Below, piece after piece: positions 1 to 9,764 of a DNA stretch of 64,000 nucleotides. Every line of letters starts with the position of its first letter. Position 1 is the stretch's first letter. Under the pieces are notes generated by a model. The model saw only the letters and a program-made list of their open reading frames with translations, searched no databases and had not been told where the DNA came from. Source of the stretch: a phage. The position numbers were made by a program, and so were the translations under genes. The stretch lies in sequence record NC_100371.1, one strand, 5' to 3'.

Positions 1-893
1 TGAGCGTACTCTTTCTTAAGCTCGATGGTGACCACGTGCAGTGTTTTAGCCACATCTAAAGGGCTGTCAATCTTAAACCCGCGATCCAGGATGATCTGCA
101 ATGCATTGATACTGTGCCCTGTCTCTACACCGATGGGGTCGTAAGAGGATTTACGCTTACCACCAGAACCTTGTGTACCGTTCTCTGCTTTAGGCGGGTA
201 GGCCTTGAAGCCGCTGATAATATTCCCGGTGTCTTTGTCAACAATAGCTGCAACACGACCGCCAACCACCAGGTCTTTAAGCTGCTCATCAGAGACAACC
301 ATAGCACCTTCACCAATCTTGTGATCATTGACAGTAACCACGTTGCCAACAATCTGAGTCACATCACCATAGATGCGTAAAACGTCCTGATTGGCATTCT
401 GCTGAGGTTTCTGCTTCTGGCCTTGTGATTGTGTGCCTTGTTGCTGTTTTTGTTGCTGTGGAGCTGCTGGAGCCTCTCCTGCCCCCAACTTAACCATTTT
501 AGCCAGTGAGCCTTTGTAGTAGGTCTTGCCGTTATGCTCGTTTGCCTTCAAAGGGATATTTACGATCCATCCTGGCGTTACGGTTTCCCACTTGTCGTCA
601 ATTTTAACAGAGACGGAGTCTTGATGACCAGGCTTAAGCAGCTTATCACCCATACTGATCCAAACTTCTTCACCACCTTGGAGCAGGTTATCAGAGGAGT
701 CCAGTTCAGAAATCAGTAAAGAGATGGTGTGGCTGGATTCAATTTTCTTACCTTGCCACACAGTGGTTTTAATACCTGTTGTAGGATCAGCACCTTTAAT
801 GGGCTTGATGCTGACACGTTTAATCATACCGTGAGCCAGTAAAACAGTTTCACGCGGATTCATCGGGTTGGCAAATTGTTGAATAACGCTCAT
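1..893 (-). CDS. hypothetical protein, partial (3' end beyond window); two domains joined by a Gln-rich linker
   Basis: Manual translation of the minus strand from ATG at 893-891 is open through position 1 (~297 codons, no stop); absent from the ORF track because it runs off the edge. Start overlaps the upstream stop (TAATG). Low-complexity APAAPQQQKQQQGTQSQGQKQKPQQNANQ linker. Confidence 0.55.
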   Translation of the reverse strand, partial: MSVIQQFANPMNPRETVLLAHGMIKRVSIKPIKGADPTTGIKTTVWQGKKIESSHTISLLISELDSSDNLLQGGEEVWISMGDKLLKPGHQDSVSVKIDDKWETVTPGWIVNIPLKANEHNGKTYYKGSLAKMVKLGAGEAPAAPQQQKQQQGTQSQGQKQKPQQNANQDVLRIYGDVTQIVGNVVTVNDHKIGEGAMVVSDEQLKDLVVGGRVAAIVDKDTGNIISGFKAYPPKAENGTQGSGGKRKSSYDPIGVETGHSINALQIILDRGFKIDSPLDVAKTLHVVTIELKKEYA

Positions 894-1258
894 TATTTGT
901 CTCCTTGTTCTTCGTTGGTGTTTGCTGTGTGTGCAAACCCTGCTTGAATTAATTTGTCCTGGACTTGAGCTAACAGGCCCATTGCAAAACTCGTCGTCCC
1001 AGAAAGGGCCATTAGCATATCTCGTTGTTGAGCTACCCAACCTAAGGCATAATCCAAACGACGATATTTTTCTTCTTCACGCAGAGCCTGAAATAACTGT
1101 TCAGCCTCTGGTTGTTGTGTGAGCTCCTGAAGTCTTCCCATAAAAGAAGAAAGTACCAGCAGAAGAGACACTTGATCTTTGCTTAACCCTAAGAAAAATT
1201 CTTGAGGTTGTTCTTGCTCGTTCATCGCAACCGACGCTTGATCGTTCATTTGTTCCAT
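893..1258 (-). CDS. hypothetical protein
   Basis: ORF track 893..1303; preferred start is the internal ATG (MEQMNDQ...) preceded by GGAGA. Stop overlaps the next start codon. Confidence 0.45.
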   Translation of the reverse strand: MEQMNDQASVAMNEQEQPQEFFLGLSKDQVSLLLVLSSFMGRLQELTQQPEAEQLFQALREEEKYRRLDYALGWVAQQRDMLMALSGTTSFAMGLLAQVQDKLIQAGFAHTANTNEEQGDK

Positions 1259-1340
1259 TGTGGAATCTCCGATTTTATTTGAACAACATAAAGGAGACAC
1301 CATTTTAGCATCTCCCTCTGTAAATTACAACAGATATTTG

Positions 1341-1586
1341 TTAGCCAATTACTTCGAAAGTACCCCAACTCCCGTTCAGCAGGCAGGTGATCGGATCACC
1401 ATCATCGTCAATTATTTCAAAGTTTTCAACATCCAGAATATGGTCATCGAACACAATACTTTCGTCACCACCACCAGAAACAACAGTGTATTCCTTACCT
1501 TGAGTCAAGTTTTGACACCCTTTGCCACCAAAACCTACTTCAACACAACGTACTTTCTGTCCTGCGCGAGCAACTACTTCAGCCAT
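1341..1586 (-). CDS. hypothetical small protein (81 aa)
   Basis: ORF with AGGAGA RBS about 6 nt upstream of ATG; co-oriented with the operon. Confidence 0.5.
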   Translation of the reverse strand: MAEVVARAGQKVRCVEVGFGGKGCQNLTQGKEYTVVSGGGDESIVFDDHILDVENFEIIDDDGDPITCLLNGSWGTFEVIG

Positions 1587-1603
1587 CTTAAGGTCTCCTG
1601 ATA

Positions 1604-1924
1604 TTAATCGTCAAGTTCAAAATAGATTTTAACAGCTTCATCAAAGATTGGAATCCCGATGTTGTTGATAAGCTGCCAAACTACCATATCTTTTCCTGGA
1701 TCTGGGAGAATGTCAACCTTTCTCCATGCGCTGTATATCCAGTTCGGACCGCCTTCTGCACTAACTGGTAGATTTTCACCAGCTTCCTGTAGATACTTAT
1801 ACAGCAAAAGATATTCTGGGTACTCTAGAACACTATCTTCTGTAGTATACAGCAGTTCACGGTATACTTTCAAGAATCCTGTTGGGTTGATGTTTTCAGT
1901 CTTCATTTGCTGCTTCTCCTGCAT
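1604..1924 (-). CDS. hypothetical protein (106 aa)
   Basis: Co-oriented ORF in operon; start uncertain (overlaps upstream gene by 29 nt if the first ATG is used). Confidence 0.4.
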   Translation of the reverse strand: MQEKQQMKTENINPTGFLKVYRELLYTTEDSVLEYPEYLLLYKYLQEAGENLPVSAEGGPNWIYSAWRKVDILPDPGKDMVVWQLINNIGIPIFDEAVKIYFELDD

Positions 1925-2300
1925 TCATCAGATCTGCCATAGCGTCACCAACGAAGAGGACAACCACGTCGTTGACAGCGTCAGCATCATCTTTATTGAT
2001 GTTGCTGAATTTGGGGCACACTGCAATGACCATATAGACCCCGTTGCCCAACTGAACAGTGCGTGTAGTGCACATCAGTGTGGTGCTTGTGCCTTCTTTA
2101 AAGGCAAATCCTTGCAGACGTTCTTCCAGAGAGTCACCTGTTGATTTCAACAAGGCAAGATCTCCCAATGCGTAGGTAGTGTCCTCATAGGTCAGTCCAG
2201 AGGTCAATGTTACCTTTCCATCAGAGACTATAATAACTCCATCGGCACCGTCAAGCTCAGAGGCTTCAAAGATATTAATATCCCAAATGTTTTTCATCAC
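1896..2300 (-). CDS. hypothetical protein (134 aa)
   Basis: ORF with GAGGAA RBS-like sequence upstream; ATGA-type overlap with the upstream gene. Confidence 0.45.
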   Translation of the reverse strand: MMKNIWDINIFEASELDGADGVIIVSDGKVTLTSGLTYEDTTYALGDLALLKSTGDSLEERLQGFAFKEGTSTTLMCTTRTVQLGNGVYMVIAVCPKFSNINKDDADAVNDVVVLFVGDAMADLMNAGEAANED

Positions 2301-2569
2301 GCTTCCTCGTCATCTAAGTAATCATCAAGAGAGGTGAAGATTTCACCGAAGTATTCTAATACCTCCAGCTCTCTGGTGGTGCAACAAACATAATCCCCCT
2401 GGTCATCCTTGATAGTAGCCTCCTTACCTAGCACATCCACTTCAAATTCATCGTTTAGCAGGACGGCCCCTGTGTAAATTTTGTCTGCTGTGCAGTCCCG
2501 AAAAGCAGAGTCCTTCTCCAGATAGTCTGGCTTAACCTTGGCTTTAATTCGTTGATATTGTTTGGTCAT
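2297..2569 (-). CDS. hypothetical small protein, paralog family A (AF[RK]DCT ... DD[QE]GD motif)
   Basis: ORF track 2297..2629 (TTG at 2629); preferred ATG at 2569 has a strong AGGAGA RBS and aligns with the N-terminus of the neighbouring paralog 2633..2887. Confidence 0.5.
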   Translation of the reverse strand: MTKQYQRIKAKVKPDYLEKDSAFRDCTADKIYTGAVLLNDEFEVDVLGKEATIKDDQGDYVCCTTRELEVLEYFGEIFTSLDDYLDDEEA

Positions 2570-2632
2570 TGCTGTGGTCTCCTTTCGTTTTGATAGGGCC
2601 ATTATATTAGGCCCCATCACTGTTGTCAAGTA

Positions 2633-2887
2633 TTAATGTTCAGGTTTTACAAAAACTACTTCATTAACAGTGCACCAGACAGAGTCTCCTTCATCATCTT
2701 TAAAGGTAAGGCACTGTGCTGAGTTTTCCAGCTCATCAATCTCTTCTTGTGATAAAGGGGCCCCTTCTTCCAGAAGGGCTTTTACCCGGGGATTCTCACA
2801 AAACTCTGCTTCATAAATTGCACCGACTGTGCAATCTTTAAAAGCTCGGTCATTTGCAACGCATTCTGGCTTCAAAGTGATTTTCAT
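2633..2887 (-). CDS. hypothetical small protein, paralog family A
   Basis: AAGGAGA RBS upstream; shares KP...AFKDCT...IY...KDDEGD pattern with 2297..2569. Confidence 0.5.
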   Translation of the reverse strand: MKITLKPECVANDRAFKDCTVGAIYEAEFCENPRVKALLEEGAPLSQEEIDELENSAQCLTFKDDEGDSVWCTVNEVVFVKPEH

Positions 2888-2962
2888 CTTGGAGGTCTCC
2901 TTAATTATTTGAAATCAACGCTCTGTTTGTGTGAAGCATCTTATATCTAATCTTACTTCTTG

Positions 2963-3334
2963 TCAATGGCTATTTTCAATCAGCCACACAGGGTCGAGGT
3001 AAATTTGTTGGCGTTTTGCCCAATGACAAACTTCATTGTACATCTGAATCTCTTTGTCTGTCAATTCACGAATAGGCTCATCTATACCCTCATTTTTGTG
3101 GTAATCCCAGTCGGCATCGATTTCCCACAACCATGACTTGTTGTCACCACGCTTACGCACACAGAAGTCACCGGGGCGGCCTGCCAGTGCATTTAAGAAC
3201 TCGTTCTCCGCTCGCTCCTGGAGAATACTGAGGAGCAAAACGTTGGAGCATGACTGTAAAATATGCTTCAGCTCGCAGTCATCAATCTCAACTTCAATAC
3301 GTTGCTTGACTGTGTGGGTACCTTTTACTAACAT
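2963..3334 (-). CDS. hypothetical protein
   Basis: ORF track 2963..3361; internal ATG at 3334 has a GAGGAGG RBS and avoids overlap with the upstream gene. Confidence 0.45.
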   Translation of the reverse strand: MLVKGTHTVKQRIEVEIDDCELKHILQSCSNVLLLSILQERAENEFLNALAGRPGDFCVRKRGDNKSWLWEIDADWDYHKNEGIDEPIRELTDKEIQMYNEVCHWAKRQQIYLDPVWLIENSH

Positions 3335-3344
3335 TCTACCTCCT

Positions 3345-3539
3345 CTATACAAACTCTGCAAGGGTTGTGTTGTTCACCGCACCGCAGTAGATGGAATATC
3401 CCAACCCATTATGGTGCAGAAACCACGGCACACCTTGGTCATCCTTCACGTATACATCTCCATTTTCCGTGAAGGGCCAATACTCTTCCCCAAGGGTAAA
3501 ATACCTACTCATACCTTCAGCCAGATACTTTACTTTCAT
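3345..3539 (-). CDS. hypothetical small protein, paralog family B
   Basis: 64-aa ORF; shares KDDQG-x-W[FY] ... hydrophobic C-terminal pattern with the next two genes; ATGA overlap. Confidence 0.45.
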   Translation of the reverse strand: MKVKYLAEGMSRYFTLGEEYWPFTENGDVYVKDDQGVPWFLHHNGLGYSIYCGAVNNTTLAEFV

Positions 3540-3763
3540 AGATCCTCTTCAACAACTACAAACTTGGCAAGCAGGGTGGTCCCATAGATATGATACTCAC
3601 CATTTGCCAGATGGGAGATATACCAGGAGATACCGTCCTCGTCTTCGATCATATTGTTCCTGCGATCCTTATCGTAATAAACCTTGTAGACCTTACCTTC
3701 TTCAAAGAATGACAGGTCTGTCATCTTTTCTTCTACAAACGTAGCTTTAACCAAAGTTGTCAT
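3536..3763 (-). CDS. hypothetical small protein, paralog family B
   Basis: 75-aa ORF; EDEDGISWYISHL...IYGTTLLAKF resembles flanking paralogs; ATGA overlaps on both sides. Confidence 0.45.
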   Translation of the reverse strand: MTTLVKATFVEEKMTDLSFFEEGKVYKVYYDKDRRNNMIEDEDGISWYISHLANGEYHIYGTTLLAKFVVVEEDL

Positions 3764-4044
3764 TGATCTGTCTCCTTCTTGTTGAGCCGGAACACTGCAA
3801 TAATAGCATTTCCAAGATGCAGTGTCAAATCATTCCCCAGATACCATAACATTCCACGGTCATCTTTAATGAAAGGGTAACAATCCGGTGCCTTCCAGAC
3901 ATTATACACTTTGCCGACCTGAAAGAAATCAGGCCCTGTTGGAATTTTAGTACCGGGCCACACTTGGGACACCTGAACGCACTCTACCTGCATAATGACA
4001 GGGATAGTCATGGAGGTAAATGTTTTTGTTGGTTCTACTACCAT
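3760..4044 (-). CDS. hypothetical small protein, paralog family B
   Basis: 94-aa ORF; KDDRGMLWYL...AIIAVF pattern; RBS AGAGGAGA upstream. Confidence 0.45.
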   Translation of the reverse strand: MVVEPTKTFTSMTIPVIMQVECVQVSQVWPGTKIPTGPDFFQVGKVYNVWKAPDCYPFIKDDRGMLWYLGNDLTLHLGNAIIAVFRLNKKETDQ

Positions 4045-4095
4045 AAAAGTCTCCTCTCTTTGTCTAACAACACTTCCGTGTGTTGATAGTTTACA

Positions 4096-6873
4096 TTAGT
4101 GACAATCGCCCCAGTTACGACCGCACAAGTATTCACCTGTGATCTGGAACGGAACGCCCATCATTTTAGAAGCCTGCCAGAAGCAATGCACCACCATTTC
4201 GCCCACAGGGCTCCAGATAAGTTCAAGCTTTCCGTCATCATTCAAGATAGGATCATATACCGTATTTCCGTCCTTGTCAACCACTTCGTTTCCATCCTCA
4301 TCCTTGCGTGCCTTTTTGTACTTATGACCGTCGAACACATGAAGTTTAGCCTCCTGCTTGGCCTTAAATGTTTCCAGCTCTTCAATTGTGTCGAAGGTGT
4401 ATACGGTTTTATACTTAGGTGTGTCAGGCACTTGAAGCTGATATTCGTCATGGTAATAAATAATACGACGAACACCCTCATCATACCATCCACGCTTCAC
4501 CATCTGGTGGTGCATGAGTATCCCAACTAAGTCACACAATGATGCACCGCCATTTTGCTGGTATGCATTAAGCAAAGAGTGTTTAGAGCGGGTCCAAATA
4601 GCATGACCGTCAAAAGAGTAGATAAATTTCTTACCTGTTGCTTCCCAGAATTTCTCCAGATCCTCTTTGCGCCCCTTAAGACCTGGGTTGGCATCCCAGA
4701 GAGCATCGATTACTCTCTGCCCCAGTTCTGGAGAGATATCCAGCATATCTGCAACTTTATCTTTTTGTGCCCCATACATAACCCCATACGTGATAGGTTT
4801 ACCATCGTTACGAGACACCTCTCTACCTGCTACTTTTGTATATGCCTCAGCATTGTTTTGGTGCGCGTCCCCGTTACTTACAACATCATAATACAGACCG
4901 TTGTCAAACTCAAAGGCACCCCAGGCCCCGATGAGCTGCTCTAAGTTGGACCCGTCAATACCGATCTCAAAGTATCCCGGAGGAACACCCCACAGACTAC
5001 GCATCTCTTTACCCATAACCACTTTAGGAGATGGTTTAGGCATGTTTGCACAGATACTATGTTTCTGTCTGGAAGTGTTTGTTAATCCAGAACTTTTAGC
5101 AGGAAGCTTGTGGTCAATCTTCAAACGTGGATGATTAAGAAGACCAGTATCAACCTTATCTTCCTTGATTGGATCAAGGACCGATCTGCGGTTTCGCAAT
5201 GATAACCACAAAACGATATCTTTAGCCATCTCTCCGTTCAATTTTTCAAGATTCGGGCACAGGTGTCCAAACGTATCTTTCAGTTGCGGAGAAGTAATAA
5301 GCGCTCTGGCTTTTCTACGTATCTTCCCAAACACTTCCTTTTTAATCCTTTCTGAGTTAGGGAAGCTTCGGAACTTATGCACAGTTGTCTGGAACTTGGC
5401 ATCAGTTTTGTTCCAGAAGTTGATAATTAGATCACAATACTCTGACTCCAAAAGCTCGTCCATATATGCATATACGCGTGCATCAACATCTGCATCAGGT
5501 AAAGCTTTCTTCTTACTATCCTTAGTTACATCTTTAGTTCTCCACATTGTTGGGAGCCAACCAGCACTGATCAGGTATCGCTTGATGTCGTCCTGATTGC
5601 TGATTTTCATAGGTATCTTGCAGTCAGGCATTCGCTTCTGCTGCAGATCACTTATTGCCTGATCCATTAGCTCTTTAGGTAAAGGGTGTGGTGTAGAAGT
5701 TCCTTTGATATACCCCCTCAAGAAATCAGCCATCTTATCTGGGTCTTTACAGCCCATCTCTTCACACCATTTTATCCCCATTTTGCTGACATCTCCTGTG
5801 GAGGTAAATGCTCGCTTAGGTGGAGCTTTGAACTCTAAAGCACTCATGTCCACAGGATAGCCAAGCTTGTCTTTTAACCATTTCCAACCATTATTGGAGA
5901 TTGTCCCATCCTGGTTAAACGGCTTTTCAGGGAACTTAGGCCGCTGAGACATTGATAACTCTTTTAAAGGAAGCTGTGGTTCAACACGATCAGCGATCTC
6001 TTTCATCCACGCATCGCAACGGTCACGTAAAGCAATAGCCCCATCTATGTCGAAATACACCCCCTGTCGAGCCTGCAGCTCCATCAGGAAGTGCTGTAAC
6101 ATGCCTCGGCGTAATGCGTTCTTCCAGGTGATCTTCTTGAAGCCTTTCGGCTTCTCTTTGGCAGGATCGTACATAAAGTTCTGCATGTCAGATTTGCCGT
6201 AGAATACACCTTTTGATTCAGCTACCAACTCCTTCCAGAGCAACTCCTGAATGATAACGTCCTCGAACACACGATCCACATACTTCCACAGCGGAAGCTC
6301 ACGCCAGTCATCGATTTGAACTTTCTGGTTACCAAGGGCATAGCCCCATGCCATAAGGCCATGAGGCCCAACAGGCTGCATTTTCTTGGTAACTGGATTG
6401 AATACTGCGTCCGGACAACCTTTTGGCAAAGGGCGGTCAGGCCACAAGATTCTACTCATCGCTAACGTATCAAACAGATTAACCTGGTGGTCATTGATAG
6501 TTCCCATGCATTTAGGATCACGGAACATATCAAAATGAATACCGGATAATCTTTCCATCAGCATAAAGTCGTAACTGTAGCAGTTATGGCAGTTCAAAGC
6601 CGTAGGTGACCAGTCTGAATTGCCTGTAAGCCAGCCTTCCAACTCTGAAAAATCTGCTATGCGAGCCTCAAAATCTGTATAAAGGGTCTTCTTTGCCAGA
6701 ATGAAGTTCTTAGCTTTCTCCACATCCTCTTCAGAGTAGTGTGTGCGGTCATTTAGGGGAAGGAACAGCATAAAACGGTTCTTATTCAGCTCTTTAAACA
6801 AACCGCAGTGATAATAAAGATCTGGGTCTTCCAGCAAGCCAGAGGCCTCAAAATCGAACGACCACATGCTCAT
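4096..6873 (-). CDS. DNA polymerase, family A (Pol I-like) with N-terminal 3'-5' proofreading exonuclease
   Basis: 925 aa. Exo I-like FDFEASGL near N-terminus; Pol A motif A-like IGIDGSNLEQLIGAW, motif B RNDGKPITYGVMYG, motif C YYHDEYQLQV. AAGGAG RBS upstream of ATG. Confidence 0.9.
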   Translation of the reverse strand: MSMWSFDFEASGLLEDPDLYYHCGLFKELNKNRFMLFLPLNDRTHYSEEDVEKAKNFILAKKTLYTDFEARIADFSELEGWLTGNSDWSPTALNCHNCYSYDFMLMERLSGIHFDMFRDPKCMGTINDHQVNLFDTLAMSRILWPDRPLPKGCPDAVFNPVTKKMQPVGPHGLMAWGYALGNQKVQIDDWRELPLWKYVDRVFEDVIIQELLWKELVAESKGVFYGKSDMQNFMYDPAKEKPKGFKKITWKNALRRGMLQHFLMELQARQGVYFDIDGAIALRDRCDAWMKEIADRVEPQLPLKELSMSQRPKFPEKPFNQDGTISNNGWKWLKDKLGYPVDMSALEFKAPPKRAFTSTGDVSKMGIKWCEEMGCKDPDKMADFLRGYIKGTSTPHPLPKELMDQAISDLQQKRMPDCKIPMKISNQDDIKRYLISAGWLPTMWRTKDVTKDSKKKALPDADVDARVYAYMDELLESEYCDLIINFWNKTDAKFQTTVHKFRSFPNSERIKKEVFGKIRRKARALITSPQLKDTFGHLCPNLEKLNGEMAKDIVLWLSLRNRRSVLDPIKEDKVDTGLLNHPRLKIDHKLPAKSSGLTNTSRQKHSICANMPKPSPKVVMGKEMRSLWGVPPGYFEIGIDGSNLEQLIGAWGAFEFDNGLYYDVVSNGDAHQNNAEAYTKVAGREVSRNDGKPITYGVMYGAQKDKVADMLDISPELGQRVIDALWDANPGLKGRKEDLEKFWEATGKKFIYSFDGHAIWTRSKHSLLNAYQQNGGASLCDLVGILMHHQMVKRGWYDEGVRRIIYYHDEYQLQVPDTPKYKTVYTFDTIEELETFKAKQEAKLHVFDGHKYKKARKDEDGNEVVDKDGNTVYDPILNDDGKLELIWSPVGEMVVHCFWQASKMMGVPFQITGEYLCGRNWGDCH

Positions 6874-6931
6874 ATACAGTTCTCCTTAAAGGGGAGGCGG
6901 TTGTACTACCCCTCCCACTCTTGGTTAAACA

Positions 6932-9010
6932 TTAAAAAGGTGTTTCGTCGTCTTCAAAACCAGGAACGTGGTTAGAGGACGGATCATCATACTGAAGATC
7001 TTCCTGTGTGTCAACAGGGTTAACAGCAGGAGTTATAACCTTATCAGCCACAACCTTGCCCACAGGTGTTTCTACAACTGCATGCTCCTGATCCTCAAAC
7101 ATAGCTTGAGGTCTCCAAACAACCTCTCCACCTTCCCCGTCTGTAAACATCTGCATCTCTTTATCCCAATACCAATTGCTGGCATCGTGGAACTTGCCTG
7201 TGTGGGGATCCATAACTAGGGTGTCCGCAATACCTAAGGTTTTTGCTGGGCGGTTTTTAAGACCTACCAGCCGGACACGCCCACGGGAACGATCCACCAT
7301 CTCCTCTGCCTCTACCCCGACAACCACCCAGCTAAGTTGCTCCAATCCGGCACTACCGCGAAGGTTCTCTTTTCGTACAGGGTACCAGAAAGGTAACGGA
7401 TTTCCATCCTTATCCTTCGGAGGTACAATCTCTGTGCGCTTCAGGTGAGCAATCACCAAGATAAACACATTAAACTGCTTACAGAACGCGGCTAGTTGAG
7501 TCATAGCCATGTCAAGCTCTTTACGCTCATCCTTAACATTAAGCCCTGAAATCACCATAGACAAGTGATCCAGCACAATGTAACGGCAGTGATACAGGCA
7601 CACCATTTGTTTAAGCTTAGTGATCAGCTCATCTACAGGGATGGAGCCGAAATGCTTGAACACTTTGATTTTTCCGGCCTTGGCCCAAGATTGATGAATC
7701 TCAGCGTGCTCCTGATCGGTCAGGAACTGACTGGGGTCTTCAACAAACTCTTTAACATCAAACCCCAGCTGGTTAGCGTACAGAGAGTTGATTGCTTCCT
7801 CTGGATCCTCTTCAAGATGAATCAGGCACAGGCGATCATCCTCTTCATAATCATCAGCTTTAGGGCATGTTGGATCCATCAAGTATCTTGCAATGCAGTG
7901 TTCCAGTTTCTTGGCTACAGTTGTTTTACCACCACCAGATGGGCCTGTCAGCATCATCAAGGTGCCTTTGTGGAGCCCTTTCAGCATCTTCTGCAATTTA
8001 GGGAACTCCGCACTGATATCTACGCCATTGGAAGTCTTCTTACGAAGAGATTCAATGGAGAAGTCTTCTAAATCAGATACAGCATCAGGCACATATTTGA
8101 CTGGGTGACGGAACATGTTGACAATATCTTCCAGCTTTTTAGCCTTCAGCATGTCACGGATATCTTTTACACCATCAGGGTCGTTTACCTCGCCAGGATA
8201 TTCCACGTGGTAAACGTTGTCAGCCATCAAAAATGCTGCGATATTATGTGTAGCTTCAACACCTTTGATAACGTGTTTTTGCTTCTCTACCTCGTTAGCT
8301 GCATCGTTGTCCATTGCAAGGACTACTGTTCCGTAGCTACGGATAAATTTCTCATTGTTCGCAAAAGTGTCTACGGCGTTTGCACACCCGCAGTTAATTC
8401 CGACAAAAGGCAGGCATGGTTTTCCTGCCAGATCACCGCCGTTGATAACTGCATCAATCCCATCCTGGACTTCTTTAGCCCACTGCTTCACCTTCGCTGG
8501 GGCTTTAGCATTGGTGAGAATTCCTTTTACTTGTACCTGATATGCAGCCTGCCACGCTGCAATAACATCTCCTTCCCCCTCACAAACGTTAATCTGCTTG
8601 CGGTTGTTGGAGGATGCACACAGCTTTTGACCAAACATCTGGGAGTTGGCCTTTACTATGCCGACAACCGAGAAATGGCCCCTTTGCTCTTTAGGGATTG
8701 TCCAGTCCCGCTTTTTAAAGCCGGATAGATTACCGTAGCGGTCATAGTACGGGAAGTAGGTGGCAGTAACAGTTACACCATCCTCTTGGGATAGGGATGA
8801 TCGTACACCAAAATATTGTGCAGCCATCAGTCCAATATTTTGTTGTGGAACAGGGACAATTTTAGTGTTTTCTAAAACAGTCTCCACAGTTTCAACTTCT
8901 TTTTCATCACGATAGTCTCGTTTCACACTTCCCCCACTTTTATACTTAGTTGCTTTCGGGTTTGGCTCACCGAAACGGTTGTATGCAGATGCCATGAATT
9001 TACTGCCCAT
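6932..9010 (-). CDS. bifunctional DNA primase (TOPRIM) / replicative helicase, T7 gp4-like organisation
   Basis: 692 aa. TOPRIM signatures (VCEGEGD ... LAMDNDAANE) in N-terminal half; Walker A MLTGPSGGGKTT plus DnaB/gp4-like helicase region in C-terminal half. AAGGAGA RBS 7 nt upstream of ATG 9010. Confidence 0.85.
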   Translation of the reverse strand: MGSKFMASAYNRFGEPNPKATKYKSGGSVKRDYRDEKEVETVETVLENTKIVPVPQQNIGLMAAQYFGVRSSLSQEDGVTVTATYFPYYDRYGNLSGFKKRDWTIPKEQRGHFSVVGIVKANSQMFGQKLCASSNNRKQINVCEGEGDVIAAWQAAYQVQVKGILTNAKAPAKVKQWAKEVQDGIDAVINGGDLAGKPCLPFVGINCGCANAVDTFANNEKFIRSYGTVVLAMDNDAANEVEKQKHVIKGVEATHNIAAFLMADNVYHVEYPGEVNDPDGVKDIRDMLKAKKLEDIVNMFRHPVKYVPDAVSDLEDFSIESLRKKTSNGVDISAEFPKLQKMLKGLHKGTLMMLTGPSGGGKTTVAKKLEHCIARYLMDPTCPKADDYEEDDRLCLIHLEEDPEEAINSLYANQLGFDVKEFVEDPSQFLTDQEHAEIHQSWAKAGKIKVFKHFGSIPVDELITKLKQMVCLYHCRYIVLDHLSMVISGLNVKDERKELDMAMTQLAAFCKQFNVFILVIAHLKRTEIVPPKDKDGNPLPFWYPVRKENLRGSAGLEQLSWVVVGVEAEEMVDRSRGRVRLVGLKNRPAKTLGIADTLVMDPHTGKFHDASNWYWDKEMQMFTDGEGGEVVWRPQAMFEDQEHAVVETPVGKVVADKVITPAVNPVDTQEDLQYDDPSSNHVPGFEDDETPF

Positions 9011-9764
9011 TAATTCTTCTCCTTACTGCAGGCTCGTTTGCTAAGAATACAGCTCTTGCCCAGCCACGTGGTGTAAGGCTTCGAATCATCTTCGTCCTTG
9101 CGCTCTTTCCACCTAGCTTAGCGTGTTGCATGGAATAACCACTAACCACATCAACTATTTGCGGGACAGGCTTTGTGGCAGGGATTATAAATCCATTGCC
9201 TATCCAACCGCAAGTTATTTTTGGGTAGGCATCCCGTGGAGCTATAAATTCAGGAAACCAGGGGTTTACATCATCCTCCGGTAAATACCCGCCATAATCT
9301 GAAGGATGAAAACGGTAATCAGGTTTTCGCCACAGTGTTGACATAACTCCTACAGGGTTCTCTACATGCCACGGGCAATCGTAAATCTCTCCCAACTCTT
9401 CTGCAACCCGAGCATCTTTCACAGCATTAATTTGGATCAGAGGATCCTTAGCCAGCTTTTTCTTAAAGTGTGCAGCTCCGGATACTGCTAAATGCGTGCA
9501 CGGAGGGAATGCAAGAATAAAGTCTGGAGCTGGATACATGCAAAAAGTTTCTTGAGGGAACCATGGATCAATCCAATAATCCACATAGTGAATGTTAGGA
9601 TGATCTGTTATCACCTCTGCATAACTGCCGTGGTCAGCACCTTCTGCATTAAAGCACAGGCACAGGTACCCAGCTTTTGCCCAGTCAATAACTGCACCAC
9701 CCGACCCGTCAAATAGACTCCACACAACACCTTTGTGGTAGTGTTCTTTGTAGATAAATTTCAA
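9000..9764 (-). CDS. putative DNA (cytosine-5)-methyltransferase-like protein
   Basis: Motif I-like VWSLFDGSGG, motif IV-like AFPPCTHLAVSG, motif VI-like HVENPVG in canonical C5-MTase order. ORF-track start (GTG 9794) lies inside a hairpin; TTG at 9764 with GGAGA RBS is preferred. Short for a C5-MTase (~255 aa). Confidence 0.5.
   Translation of the reverse strand: MKFIYKEHYHKGVVWSLFDGSGGAVIDWAKAGYLCLCFNAEGADHGSYAEVITDHPNIHYVDYWIDPWFPQETFCMYPAPDFILAFPPCTHLAVSGAAHFKKKLAKDPLIQINAVKDARVAEELGEIYDCPWHVENPVGVMSTLWRKPDYRFHPSDYGGYLPEDDVNPWFPEFIAPRDAYPKITCGWIGNGFIIPATKPVPQIVDVVSGYSMQHAKLGGKSARTKMIRSLTPRGWARAVFLANEPAVRRRINGQ

Noticed and set aside
4099-5596. Multiple plus-strand ORFs (e.g. 4099..4530, 4555..4944, 5165..5596) inside the DNA polymerase gene
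   Set aside because: They lie antisense to a long, motif-rich minus-strand gene and have no RBS or recognisable content; antisense shadow ORFs.
7565-8728. Plus-strand ORFs 7565..8071 and 8105..8728 inside the primase-helicase gene
   Set aside because: Antisense to a confidently assigned gene; low-complexity translations.
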